NCBI RefSeq assembly: GCF_037042905.1
Contig: NC_087252.1
Span: 25,918,001 to 25,982,000, forward strand
Length of the DNA stretch: 64,000 nucleotides
Origin: Lytechinus pictus
Taxonomy: Eukaryota
Reading direction: 5' to 3'
Made by a program: the position numbers and the translations under genes. Numbering within the stretch: position 1 is the stretch's first letter; each line of letters begins with the position of its first letter. The notes under the pieces were generated by a model, which saw only the letters and a list, made by a program, of their open reading frames with translations, searched no databases and was not told the origin of the DNA. Shown here piece after piece: positions 14,000-27,309 of the stretch.

Positions 14000-15507
14000 T
14001 TCCTCGTTGCGTTTACCATCCTGATCTAAACTAGGCAAAAAAAACCCCTCTCCCTTGACATTCTCCATCTCGACTCTTTTATTATTTCCCCATGGTGCCC
14101 CTCCCTTAGATCTGGTCACACCTAATTCCCAAGGACGTTTGAGTCACTATACATTTGGAAAAAGAAGAGTGTTCTTTTCCACTTGTATAAAGGCATCTCT
14201 GCCAAGGATCGTATAAGAGAATGCGAAGGGCTGCTGAAGTTACTATAGACTATTAGTTCTCCATCACCAGTAATCTGCCTACGACATATGTCATCATGAA
14301 GAGCAAGAACAACAAACGGAGGATGGCAAGCGTGTAATTGAGCAGCTTCAGTCTAGGCATGGACCTATAGGTCCATCGTCTAGGGTAGCAGCATACAACA
14401 TTGGAGGCGCTAGATGGTGGTGTGTTTGCTCATGACGAGGGACATATCACCGTGATCTTGCAGCAAGCTGTTGGCACAATGTGGTTCGTGAGCTTATAGC
14501 GACGACACAGACGTTTTGTCTGCTTGGTCTATTGGGTTTACTAGGCGGAGCTATAGTGCAAGGTACAAACGGAGCGGTGATGTGGTATAGTACTGGAGGT
14601 TACACTTCGTAATTCCGAAGGTTCGTAATTCCGAAGGTTCGTTATTCCGAAGGTTCAATAATCCGAAAACGAAATAAGGTTCGATGTTCGTCAATCCGAA
14701 AAACGAAATAAGGTTCGTTGTTCCGAAGGTTCGTTAATCCGAAAACAAAATAAGGTTCGTTGTTCCGAAGGTTTGTTAGTCCGAAAACGAAATAAGGTTC
14801 GTTAATCATTAGTTTTCGGACTAACGAACCATCGCAATTACGAACCTCATTTCGTTGTCAGATTAACGAACCTTCGGAATTACGAACCTCACTTCGTTTT
14901 CGGACTAACCAACCTTCGGAATTACGAACCTCATTTCGTTTTCTGACTAACCAACCTTCGGAATTACGAATATATGCGGTACTGGATATCGATTCAACCT
15001 GTATTGACATGGGACTAAAATGTTTACATGTTCATGCACTCAGTTCATGGATGCGACACGAAATCATGCATACGGCAAAGGCAAGATAAATGCACTTAAC
15101 AAACTACTAATTGCCGGGGGTTGTCCAGGTTTGGTTAATGTACTTGGAAAGGAGGTGTCAGCTCGCTGCGCCATCTTCATCAAGAAGAGAAAGAATCCTA
15201 AAGTAATGGCCCTGCTTCCAACATCTCATAACCTGTTGCTGCCGGGGTTGATGCATGTGCTTTAAGCTCATTTGATAGCTGTAAATCTGTATCAGCCCCT
15301 AGATGAGCCGGCGGATATAGCTCACTTTGGATGGGAGATCTGAGATGAAATCCCCGTTCTGTCATTTTTCAATGTGACCCTACTCCGCCTGAACTGATCA
15401 ATGTCATTCGCTGTCAGTGTTCGTCACAGGTTAAAGTGGTTAAGAAATGCAGCACTGATATAATTATGTGGATGCCACAAAGAGCAGTTGTCCTGTTCGA
15501 CATTCTA
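14000..15507 (+). pseudogene. Decayed DNA-transposon ORF with XPG/PIN-like nuclease and Cys-rich C-terminus (Academ-like)
   Basis: Broken-frame motifs: HDE-x-x-IT (~14431), SDDTDV (~14498), HALS..GCDT..YGKGK (~15035-15085), LPTS, FGWE, PPELINVIRCQC..C...CGCHKEQLSC. The ORF appears to resume after 18344 (..ECCN). The left boundary is approximate. Confidence 0.6.
14598..14978. mobile_element. Non-autonomous foldback-type element built of ttcgtaattccgaagg repeats, copy 1
   Basis: Inverted arrays of the repeat; 8-bp direct repeat gtactgga at 14590-14597 and 14979-14986. Confidence 0.8.
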
Positions 15508-18342
15508 CAGTGCGTACCAGAAAAAACGAAACCGAGATTAAGCGATGATTTATCATAACTTAATCACAAATACAATAAACAAATGACCTACCAATGTAAA
15601 GCTTAGAATCTCCCCTTTCATCTGATATTACTTAGATTATTCCTCATTCACGCATGAGTGAGCAAAAACAATTTGAAGAAAGGATACAAAAAACTCATTT
15701 GGCGGGGGGTATCTGAATTTTAAAAAGAAAATCACATGCCTAAAAAGTTCAATATCTGCTCTTTTATTTGATACCTTAATCACAAAAAATGGTCAAAAAG
15801 TAAAAATGTTATGTTCCCTCGAAACAAGGCTTGTATTTCCATAATTTCATTAAATAAACGTGTTTTCACCGGTTTCCACAGAAGCTATCGCTTGGTTAAC
15901 AAAGGACTTAATGCATGGCTGATCGTCAACAAAACGGAGTGTCAAGTGAGTTTGAACGCTAGCCTGTATATCTCTTCATTTTGGTATCAGGACAACTACC
16001 CCCTGGACAATCACCCCCCGGACAACTACCCCCGGACAATTACCCCCCTAGGACAATTACCCCCCGACAATTACCCCCCGGACAATTACCCCCTGAGGAC
16101 AACTACCCCCCGGACAACTACCCCCCGGACAATTACCCCCCGGACAACTACCCCCCGGACAATTACCCCCCGGACAATTACCCCCCCGGACAACTACCCC
16201 CCGGACAATTACCCCCCGGACAACTACCCCCCGGACAATTACCCCCCGGACAATTACCCCCCGGACAATTACCCCCCGGACAACTACCCCCCGGACAACT
16301 ACCCCCCGGACAATTACCCCCCGGAAAATTACCTTCAGAAAATCCCCCCTTCTCTCCAGCATCAATGTTAGAATAAGGCGGGACCCATTGTAAGTTTTGG
16401 TTGGTGGCACAGGTTTCCGAAATATTTTCTACTTTATCTTACTTTAATAACTTTTTCTTTCTCTTTTATATTGCTCTTTCTCCTGTTTTCTCACTTTCTT
16501 CTTTTTACCTTTTTTGTTTTTGTTTAGCGGCGCCTTCTGCATCATGAAAAATGGGGGGGGGGGGGCTTGCACCCGAAACCTCCCGTTTGGCTATGCATAT
16601 ATACATCAGAAAATTTGTAAACTGGCCCTCATTCATAGAACAATTGAACACGATTAGTCATAATAATCACATATGCTGAATATCCCTGATTCCAACTGAT
16701 CTGATTTTTTAAAATATTTATTTTGGGTTTAATTTCAGGTAAGAAATCAGGCAAATAGATAAAACGTAAAAAAAACACCTTAATAGGTAGAAAAATTGAA
16801 AGTCGATAACGCAACTATGAACACTAACACTGTCAAGTAGACCTATAAATCTGTTTTTTTAACAGTTCAACTAACAAGAAGCTAAGAATTATGAAACAAT
16901 TGGTGCACATTCCAGATTAAGATGTGGCTTTATAACTTAATACAGTTAGCTAAAAAACTTTATGCAAAGATAATACACACAAGAACACCTTGTAAATTAC
17001 AAGGTGTGTTTGTGTGTATTATTCTTGGGTGAAAGCAATTAAACATTAAAGAAGGAAATTAAGTACCAAATTTACTAAATTGTAAACAATATGACATAAT
17101 CAAATACAGTGTTTTTTCTATACAAATTGGCAATCATGATAGTATACAATTCGTTTAAGGTGCATTTTAAGGACGGTTTGTAAGAATTTATAAAGAAGTA
17201 GGCCTATGCAAATCAAATAATGCGACCAGCACCGTGAGCTGAAAATATTAATATTTAGACCATAAAACGGACATTTAACAGAGCACTTAAAAATCAGTTT
17301 GTAAATCAAACAAAATTATGAATAATGTCCGAGCTGAAATATGCTTTGTAAAATCGACTTCAAAACTTGACATTTTAAGCTACATATCAGCCTATTTAGC
17401 AAGATGTGTATCTCATCGAACAGGCTATGCGAGCCCGAAGCGCGAGCGAAAAAATTAATATAGTGACATGAAATATATTTTTTTATCATTTTCCAAGTCA
17501 TCCCCTGACCTTTTTTTTTTTCACTCGTCTCCCTCTTATTTTAACTCTTATTTTTCCTCCTTTCTTTCCCCTTCTTTTTCTTTTTTCTTTCTTTCCCCCT
17601 TTTTTCTTCATTTGTTTTGCTCTGCCGATAGGGGGGGGCGGGCCCCTCGCCCCCCCCCCTGGATCCGCCTATGGATGGAGCTCAATTTTACAGCTTTCCT
17701 ACGGCGTACGTTTGATTCCAAGATACTCGAGAATGCCTTGAGTACTTCTTACGTCAAACGTACGGCCGACGTATGACTCTGTGCACTCCCTTTGTCTATA
17801 TAGGGGGTTATTGTCCGGGGGGTAGTTGTCCGGGGGGTAATTGTCCGGGGGGTAGTTGTACGGGGGGTAGTTGTCCGGGGGGTAATTGTCCGGGGGGTAG
17901 TTGTCCGGGGGGTAATTGTCCTCGGGGGGTAATTGTCCGGGGGGTAGTTGTCCGGGGGGTGATTGTCCAGGGGGTAGTTGTCCTAGAACCCTTCATTTTA
18001 TGAAATTAACGAAATTCAAGCCTTATTTCAAATAACCAGAACTTTGTTATTTCTTGACTATTTTCTGTAATTGAGGTATCAAATTAAAGAGCAGATATTG
18101 AACTTTTTAAAAATGTGGTTTTCTTTTTGAAACCCAGATACAGCCCGCCAAATGACTTTTTGGTATCCCCTCTTCAAATTGTTTTTACTCACTCATGCGT
18201 GAATGAGATATAATCTAAGTAATTTCAGATGAAAGAGGAGATTCTAAGCTTTACAATGGTAGGTCATTTGTCTATTGTATTTGTGATTAAGTTATGATAA
18301 ATCATCGATAAATCTCGGTTTCGTTTTTTGTGGGACGCACTG
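15508..18342. mobile_element. Tc1/mariner-type non-autonomous element with ~350-bp TIRs and TA target duplication
   Basis: ta|cagtgcgtaccagaaaaaacgaaaccgag ... ctcggtttcgttttttgtgggacgcactg|ta. Inverted similarity runs ~15508-15855 vs ~18000-18342. Confidence 0.85.
15983..17990. mobile_element. Mutator/Foldback-like non-autonomous element with tandem-repeat TIRs, nested in the Tc1-type element
   Basis: 15-bp unit ggacaa(c/t)tacccccc array at 15990-16333 and its reverse complement at 17803-17983; perfect 9-bp TSD cttcatttt (15974-15982, 17991-17999). Confidence 0.85.
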
Positions 18343-18392
18343 TATAACAGTTCTGGTACAGTGGAATGCTGCAATACATACACCGTCAGTCA

Positions 18393-18785
18393 CGGTTTCC
18401 TGACGGATGGTCTATTATCACTTGGTCTAATCATCAGATGGGCTAACAACATTCGGGCTAAACCCACTTAGTCCAATTCTCTTTTGGTATAATGACCACT
18501 TGGTCTAATAGCCAATTAGTCTAATGACTACTTGGTCTAATAGCCACTTGGTCTAATGACCACTTGGTCTAATAACCAATTGGTCTAATTTCCATTTGGT
18601 CTAATTGCCATTTCGTCTAATGTATTTTATTGTCACTTGGTCTAATACCAGTTCGTCTAATAGTCAGATGGTCTAATACTAGTTGGTCTAATCCTCACTT
18701 GGTTTATTATTCATTTGGTCTATATTGCAGTTGGTCTAATCCTGACTTGGTCCACTATTCAGTTGGTCAAATGTGCAGTTGGTTA
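18393..18785. repeat. ~20-bp tandem array (ccacttggtctaat core), probable transposon arm
   Basis: Many periodic ttggtctaat copies; no matching opposite arm found. Confidence 0.7.
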
Positions 18786-19779
18786 TTTGTATATAAATAA
18801 TGATTATTTGTATATAATTGCAAACTGTAAAAATTGTTTATAAATAATGATTATTTATAAATAATGGTATATTGAAACAAAATTATTATTTATAAATAAT
18901 GAAGTAGATATTTCATTATTTAACAAATAATCTTTATTTATAAATAATGGAAAACTCGAAAATTAAATAATGATTATTTATAAATAATGAAAATAATGGT
19001 GCACTCGAAAAAATTATTTATAAATAATGAAGTAGACGTTTTTATTATTTAACAAATAATCATTATTTATAAATAATGGGAAACTCAACAAATTATTTAT
19101 AAATAAAGAAATGTGCACTGGCATTGTTAATACATAATTATTATTTATAAATAATAGAAAACTTATTTATAAATGATGAAAAACGAATTGCAATTATTTA
19201 TAAATAATGAAGTATGTAGTGTCATTATTTATAAATAATGAAAAACGAAAATCATTATTTATAAATAATAAAAGACAAATAATCATTATTCATAAATAAT
19301 GAAAAACAAATAATCATTATTTATAAATAATGAAAAACGAAAATCATTATTTATAAATAATAAAAGACACATAATCATTATTTATAAATAATGAAAAACA
19401 AATAATCATTATTTATAAATAATGAAAAACAAATAATCATTATTTATAAATAATGAAAAACACATAATCATTATTTATAAATAATGAAAAACAAATAATC
19501 ATTATTTATAAATAATGAAAATCAAATAATCATTATTTATAAATAATGAAAAACAAATAATCATTATTTGTAAATAATGGAATGTCGAACTATTATTATT
19601 TACAAATAATGAAGTATTACTTGGAATTATATATAAATAATTAGAAATGTTATTTTATATAATAGTAATTATTTACAAATAAAATGTAAATTATATATAA
19701 ATGATAGTTATTATTTAATAAATAATGATTATATAACAAATAATTGTTCTATATAATATTGGTACAATCGGCGTCTCAT
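18785..19779. repeat. 31-bp AT-rich tandem array with unique terminus, copy 2
   Basis: Same unit as 9440-9908, degrading leftwards; ends ggtacaatcggcgtctcata. Confidence 0.8.
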
Positions 19780-20259
19780 ACTCTTGGCCTACTGTATGAT
19801 ACAGTCCCATAGCGGTGTCCCATTAGACATTCCCATTTCTATTGTTAGACACTGAAGCGAGGAGGGGTACTATACCAAAGTAAATGCGCCGTGGGTTGTT
19901 AGGGAACGCCAAATCCCTGACAACCCGGGCTATAGTTTGAACTATGCCCCGGCGATCAATCACTCGCTGGCTTTGTCACAACGCTTAAACTAATCACAGG
20001 GAATAGTTCCCGTTCACGCCCCCTCTCGCTCTAAGTTGCCCCCATTTACCTTTCTAATTTCTTTGTTTTCCTAATCAGGTTTGTGTCACAAATAATTGCA
20101 ACCAAACTTAAAATCCATCTTACAAATCCATAATACAGATAACTCAATCTCTTACTCTAGAACCTTTCCCCCATTTCCTTAATTAATTACCCAATTCCAA
20201 TATTTTCTCGAATAATTGCATCCAAAAATAAACCTTCCAAAAAAATGCACATTCAGCTA

Positions 20260-20485
20260 CACTCTAAAAACAGAGGGTAAAAATTTACCCAATATTGGGT
20301 AGAAAGGGAACATAGCATGTTTTCTGGGTAATTTTGTCCCTCAATATTGGGCAAAATGCATGTTTGAAGTGCCAATTTCAACGCAAAGTTGCGTAAAATG
20401 TACGAAATATTTGGTATCTTTTTACCCAACAAACATGCATGTTCCCATTTTACCCAATATTGTGTAAACCTTTTTTTTTTTAGTG
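20260..20485. mobile_element. CACT-terminated MITE
   Basis: ta|cactctaaaaa ... ttttttagtg|ta, with internal inverted tttacccaatattggg motifs. Confidence 0.5.
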
Positions 20486-20949
20486 TAGCTCTTAATACCT
20501 TTGTTCCCCCTTTCTGTCTATATCCTCACCATCCCACTCACCCCCTCTACCCATTTCCCCTTTCTAATATCTTTATTTCCCTAATTCTGATTGTCTGACA
20601 AATTATTAAAACCGGGAGGCCTTGTTTCAAATAAAATCACAAAATAAATTTCTCTGTGCCCCTCCCCCATCATTTTGCTAATATGTATATATACATATTA
20701 GCAAAATGATGGGGGAGGGGCACAGAGAAATTTGGGAATTGGGAAAATATATTTTTGGGAAAGTATATTTTCCCAATTTGCCTAATTGTATTACGAATCA
20801 TTGATTAAATACATCTTCTTCTCTCTCTCTCTTTGTTATCGATCCCAACATTTATCCCACCGCTGCCAATAGCTATTCCGGGGGATTGGCTTCGTCGCAA
20901 AATCCGGGGGATTGGCTTCGTCGCAAAAACAGGCAGTTATTACGTTAAT

Positions 20950-23583
20950 CCTCTTTTAATGAAAAAATATAGACCCATATCCCTTCTTAACGTAGATTAC
21001 AAAATTTTAACAAAAATCTTGGCTAAGCGAATCAAGAAAATACTTATAATGAAATCGTTGTGGGGGATCAGGTGGGTTACATACAAGGTAGAAAAAATGG
21101 TGAAGCCATTCGTACTATAGATGACGTTATTTTTCATACATCACATTTTAATCAACCTGGTTTTTTGTTAGCTATAGATGTTGAGAAAGCCTTTGACTCG
21201 TTATCACATCATTTTCTTCAAAAGGCTCTGACGGCTTTTGGTTTTGGTCCATCCTTTCAGAGATGGGTCAAAGTTTTGTATACTGATACTTTAAGTTGCG
21301 TTTTAAATGAAGGAAATTCCACCGGCTATTTTGAAATAAAAAGGGGGGTAAGACAAGGGGATCCTCTTAGTCCTTACCTTTTTATTTTGTGTATTGAAGT
21401 AATGGCTCATAAATTACGAAAAGATAATCTGATTGAAGGAATTAAATTTGGAGATGAAGAAATTAAATTAGCTCTTTATGCAGATGACATGACAGTTTTT
21501 GCTCGTAATGTAAAATCAGTTGATAGACTAAAAGTTCTATTTGCAGATTTTGAAAAAAACTTTCTGGATTAAAAATCAATAATGACAAAACCAAAGTATT
21601 AAAATTATGTTCATGCCAACATTTGCATTATGACTTCTCCTTCGGCGAGATCGTGGATTTTCTTAAAGTTTTAGGAGTATTTTTCACCTTAGATGAACAT
21701 AAGAAAGAAGATCTAAATTACAAAGAAATCTAAGCAAAATTAGAACACTCTTGAACTTTTGGAAGCTAAGGGATATAACGCTTATGGGGAAAATTCAACT
21801 ATTGAAGGTGCATATCTATTCTAAAGTCCTCTTCCGAGCGTCTCTTACTCCTGTTCCTAAGTGGGTTTATGAATCATTGGATGAATTAACTTTAGATTTT
21901 TTATGGAAAGGTAAGAAAGACAAAATTAATAGGAATACAATGTTTTTAGACTATAAGCAAGGAGGATTAAAGATGTTAAACTTCCATGTACAGGTAAAGG
22001 CACAGCGAATAATGTGGATTAAAAGACTTTTAAATAAAGATGAAGATATGAAATGGAAACAGTACTTTAATTTTGCCACTAAACATTTGGGTGGAGATTT
22101 GTTATTTTCATGTGACTATATACCAGGTTTATTGAAAGTAACAACTTCCAAATTTTACATGGACTTATTAGAAGAGTGGGTAAATATAAGACATATTAGA
22201 AGAACAGATTTTGGGAAAGTGGTGATTTTTAATAATAAGCTAATTCGATATAAAGGGAGTTGTTTATTTGATAAGATTCTATACGATAAAGAGGTTTATA
22301 GATTGCATCATATTTTGGATAATAACGGTAAACTAAAATGTGATACACATTTCCTTAATTTGAATTTAAATGCAAAGGATGTTGAAAAGATTAAGCATAT
22401 TTATGCTTGTTTACCCGTTAGTTGGAAGAACAATATTGAAATAAATGCAAAGCATAACTCTGGAATCGATTTCAATTTGGGTAAAAAACGACTAATTTAA
22501 TGTTTTTAAAATCAAAAGAAATATGCGAACAGCTGTTGTATAAAAATGAAATTAAACCTTCTATTTTTGACAGAATTAGAACGAATTATGATCTTACCAA
22601 TAAGAAAATAGAAAGTATATTTTTAAGACTGAGATATTGCACACTAAATAGTCGATTAAGGGAGTTCCAGTATAAACTCTTGCATAATATTATTTACACT
22701 AACCACCACCTTTTCCGTTTTGGTCTTATTTCGACGAATTTATGCTCATTTTGTGAAAAGGAAGAAGAAACGTATGAACATCTATTTTATACTTGTGAAT
22801 TTTCAAAATCACTTTGGGATCTGTGTGCAAGAAGTTTAAATTTTGAAATGAATAAATTTAGTTGACAGGACATTCTTTTCGGGAAGCAGGAGAAAAGTAA
22901 AGGTAAATATCAATTAATTAATCATGTCTTGATTTTAGTTAAATATCTTATTTACAAAAACCGATAGTTAAAAAACCTCCTTCATTGATTGAAATAAAAA
23001 ATAGTATAAGGGGGGGATCAAAGAGAAGAAAAGAAATTAGCAACAAAGAGGGGGACTCTTACAATCCATTTCTCTAAATGGGAAAACTTAAACATTAGAC
23101 CATTTATTGGAGCCCAGAGCCAGTTCTCCACCGGATAGGGGATTGGGGTGTTTAAGGGAGGGTCGGGGGGGGGGGGGTAGGGACCAGGGCTGAGTTTGTA
23201 TTTCAGTTTGAATTTATTTGAGTGAAGAGGCCGAGGTGATGGGTTTAAAAAAATATATGCTGATGGCTTCAATTCGTTTACGTTTTATAAAGGATTTTTT
23301 TTTTTTTTGTATTTATTATTATCAACAATGTTATTTGTGGTTATGCGTTGGAGGATGTCTGACATTGTGTTTAACACAATGTCGGACATCTTCCAGTACA
23401 TAATTATAAACAACTCATGGGTTCAACATAATTTTTTTCATGAATTTCATGAAAAAAGTTATGTTGAATTTATGAGTTGTCAAGGTATTTGCAAAGACAT
23501 CAAAGTTCTATTTGTTTGTTATACATACTTTATTTTGTATATGAATCGAAGTTGTCAATAAAAACTACTAAATAAAAAAAAAA
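20950..23583 (+). mobile_element. 5'-truncated, frameshifted L1/Tx1-clade LINE (RT, zf-RVT, 3' UTR, poly-A)
   Basis: YRPISLLNVDYKILTKILA; DVEKAFDS; GVRQGDPLSPYLF; YADD; GGL; CSFCEKEEETYEHLFYTC. G-rich 3' UTR, aataaa and A-tail at ~23557-23583; ORF2 split across several frames. Confidence 0.92.
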
Positions 23584-24174
23584 TCTTTCAGTCCCCTTCT
23601 AATTTATTTGCTTTCCTAATTCTGATTGTGTCACTGATTAATTTCAAACACCTAAACTGCAGCTAGCCGCCGCCTCTCTTTATCTCTGTCCCCTCCATCT
23701 CTCTCTACTTTCCCTTTCTATGTGATGTATTTGTTTTCCTAATTTTGAATGTCTTACGAATCATTGCAACCGAAGTGGGAGCTTTGCTGTAATGTAATCG
23801 TATAACAGCAGAAGCTAACGCTTTGCTTCAAGTAAAAATCTATTCATCTCGTTCTCAATCTCCCTTCTCTCCCCCTCTCTATCCCTGTTTCCCCCAATAT
23901 CTTTTTCCTAATTTTAATTGTTTAATGAATGATTAAAACAGAAATAAAGACTTCGTTTCAAATATGAATTATTTACACATGTATATATTTAATAACTGAA
24001 TCCATTCATACTGATGTAAAATGCATAGATAATCATGTTGATCACATAAGCAGATAAATTCATGACATCATAGTCCTACCAAAATTACTATTTTCATGCA
24101 ATGCAAGTGCTCGTTTTCTATGATTTATGCATTACTCTTTAATAATCACTATCACAATCAAGAAAAGCACGATA

Positions 24175-25190
24175 AAATGTTCGATACTCTTTAAAGATAT
24201 GCTCAACAATCACAATTTAGAAATGCAATGAGCCTTTCTCCATTTTATCATATATTGTTTTCACAATAATATAGTATTGGGACTATGAATAAAAAAAAAA
24301 TATGGTTGAACTTTATAATACAACTTATTTGGTCACTTATTCGCTATTTTCGTATAGATTTAGTTATTAACGGAAATATACAAAATGTAGCATAAGTATT
24401 TTGACCAAATAAAGGCTTATGTACATGTCATACAGTTTTTATTTCCTAAAAGATTGGAATAGATAATGCATTAAAAGAAAAATATATTATTTATTTATTG
24501 CCAATCTTTATCATGAGTACCCTGTCAAGCTTTTTATAGAAATATGTAAGATTACGCACTTTGTACAATTGAGATTTCATAAAAAATAACTGGTTTTCGA
24601 CAGGGCTCTGCAGTATTATGTACATAAAACACATAATTCATAACAAAGAGAACTGAAACATTTTATAAGAATTATCACAACAAAATCCGATGAATTCTTT
24701 AAAGATATGCTCAACAATCACAATTTAGAAAAGCAAATGAGCCTTTCTTTCTTTCGTCATATATTGTTTTCACAATGATATAGTAATGGGACTATGAATA
24801 AAAAAAATATGGGTGGACATTATAATACAACTTTGAATCAGAAGAGGGGAAAGGACGGTCACTTTATTTGGTATTTTTGTATATATTTAGTCAAAAACGG
24901 AAATATACAAAATGTAGAAATAGTATTTTGACCAAATAAAGGCTTTTTATTTCCTAAAAGATTGGAATAGAGAATACATTAAAAGAAATTTATTGCAAAT
25001 TCTTATCTTGAGTACCCTGTCAAGCTTTATATAAAAATATGTAAAATTACGCACTATGTACAATTGAAATTTCATTAAAAAAATAACTGGTTTTCGACAG
25101 GGCTCTGCAGTATTATCTACATTCATAGAACACATAATTTATAACAAAGAGAGCTGAAACATTTCATTATAAGAATTATCACAACGAAAC
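24175..25190. repeat. Local tandem duplication of ~510 bp
   Basis: tctttaaagatatgctcaacaatcacaatttagaaa at ~24188 and ~24697; ctggttttcgacagggctctgcagtattat at ~24590 and ~25087. Confidence 0.85.
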
Positions 25191-25330
25191 AAAAATTTTA
25201 AGATTCAGAATGAGAAGGCAAAAAGATAAATAAGAAAGGGGGGATACAGGAAGAGAGGCAGACAGATAGATAGAGATAATGTGGGATGTAGGAAAGAATC
25301 GAGGAGATAAGAAATAATATGTCATATCTG

Positions 25331-25474
25331 GGGGCCATTGCAGAAAGAGTTGCGATCAAACGCAACTCAAAAAATCTTGCGCAACTTGATTTTCAGCCAA
25401 TGAAGCACCCGTATTCGGGACTTGGGCTTGATATTTTGACTTGGTTTAAACGCAACTCTTTCTGCAGTAGGCCT
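25331..25474. mobile_element. PIF/Harbinger-like MITE
   Basis: ctg|ggggccattgcagaaagagttgcg ... cgcaactctttctgcagtaggcct|ctg (3-bp TSD). Confidence 0.7.
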
Positions 25475-25921
25475 CTGACCAATCAATCACAATCTTCTAG
25501 TATTCTTATATAAGAACAAAACAATACACTACAATACAATAAAGTATACAGCCCAGGTCAGTGAAATCAATCGAGCAGGGCTTAACAGAAATGACAAATA
25601 TTGTATAAAGCATAACTAAATTAATTCAGTTCATTACTTGACAATGCCAATTATACAAGATTGCTATTGTATTTCATGGTATACATGGTATGTGCACAGT
25701 GTTTATAACATTTTTAAATTAGTGGGTGAGGTCCAAAAAAAAAAAATTATCAAACATACGGATTTCAGATGAACTTGAATTATGGATACACCCAAGATAT
25801 TTTTTTTGAAAAAAATTTCGATCAGGTATTCTTTAAAAAATATTAAACATATTCCAACTCCACCCCTTGTTTAGCCATCACGTTTTTTTTTTTTCTTTTT
25901 TTAATAACTAGGAGAAATCTG

Positions 25922-26074
25922 GGGCCCGTTGCATAAAACTTTTTACCTGAGAAAACTCAGGTTGTTTTTACTGGAGATTTTGCCCTGTGTTAAAGTCAAT
26001 GGCAGAAATCAGACTAACCTTAGTTTTCTGTTTTTACCACAGTTTTCTCAGGTAAAAAGTTTTATGCAACAGGC
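25922..26074. mobile_element. PIF/Harbinger-like MITE
   Basis: gttgcataaaactttttacctgagaaaact perfect inverted repeat, GGGC terminus, ctg on both flanks. Confidence 0.7.
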
Positions 26075-27046
26075 CTGGGTATACTAAAATGCGATTTATA
26101 ATTTTCCCGAAACCATGTTTTATATAAAAGCCCAACATGTACCAAAAATTTGATCAGGGTTTTCCAAATCATGCATTCTGAATACGAAACGTAAAAAAGA
26201 AAATAATCCCTTGAACAGTATCATCCATAAACTCGCAGAATTTGTTTATAATAAGATACTTATCATCAGTAGACCTACAAGGGTTATTCTCATTAGTTAG
26301 TTGGAAAGTTAGGTAATACTCATATATAAATGGCTATCCCAATCAATGTACATTCGGAATATATCGTCGGAGCCCTCTATTGCTCTAAACATATACATAT
26401 CAACTAAAATATAACGACAAATATAGACGAAATAGAAAAAAAATACCGTCTGTCTTTGAATGAATGCTCGTTAAGTTATAATACATACTTATACAGATTG
26501 AACATAATACAAACGCCATGAACAAAAGTTTTTTAGTTTTATGCCTTTAGATGAAAAAAGATGAAATGTATACGAAATGCGGGAATAGACTGCAAAGGAG
26601 AACATTTATAGTCTATACCCCCATCAATCTCTATATCACATCTCATATCAGATTGATTAAGCCGTGTATTAATTTCGTTTCGCGTCTATTTTCTACAAAT
26701 CAAAAGATTTACCTTCATTCCAATAAAATTGCCTGTAAAAAAAAATTGCGGTAGAAAATGGTGCGAGTATTGTATCCTAATTAACATTTTATTTTTTCTC
26801 CTATATTATGTTCTTGTTCAAGAAGACATTTCTACTAGGATGTGAATACCTAGCGAACAGCTTCATGCAAACATTTACTTAATGTTTTCCATGTTGCAGT
26901 CATTATTTTGTTGCAGTCTAATTTTAAAAAAAATGCGTATAGTGAGATCAACTTGGAGTGACACAGCAAACAATAACTTTAACAAATGTTACAAATTGAA
27001 ACAGCCAAGAATATATAAAACTACAATTCCATTTATACATAATAAT

Positions 27047-27230
27047 CAGCACAATGCAGTACACTTTAATAAATAAATGTTCAATTATTATTTTCATATT
27101 TATACATTATAGTCAGCACAATACAGTACACTTTAATAGATAAATGTTCAATTATTATTTTCATATTTATACATTATAGTCAGCACAATACAGTACACTT
27201 TAATAGATAAATGTTCTATTATTATTTTCA
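27047..27230. repeat. 67-bp minisatellite, ~2.8 copies
   Basis: cagcacaat at 27047, 27114 and 27181. Confidence 0.9.
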
Positions 27231-27309
27231 CTTAGACACCAACTGACAACTGGTAGATGAAGTTTTATCATTACAAGCTCTCGTATCTCAGATGGCCGTT
27301 ATAGACGCT

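Noticed and set aside
14598..14978. CRISPR-like repeat/spacer appearance (also 37396-37936 and the 31-bp arrays)
   Set aside because: Eukaryotic context, no unique spacers, no cas genes; the arrays are inverted and TSD-flanked or simple tandem repeats.
15811..18003. Collagen-like or Pro-rich ORFs (GQLPP, PPDNY, GGNCP)
   Set aside because: These are reading frames of 15-bp transposon arm repeats.
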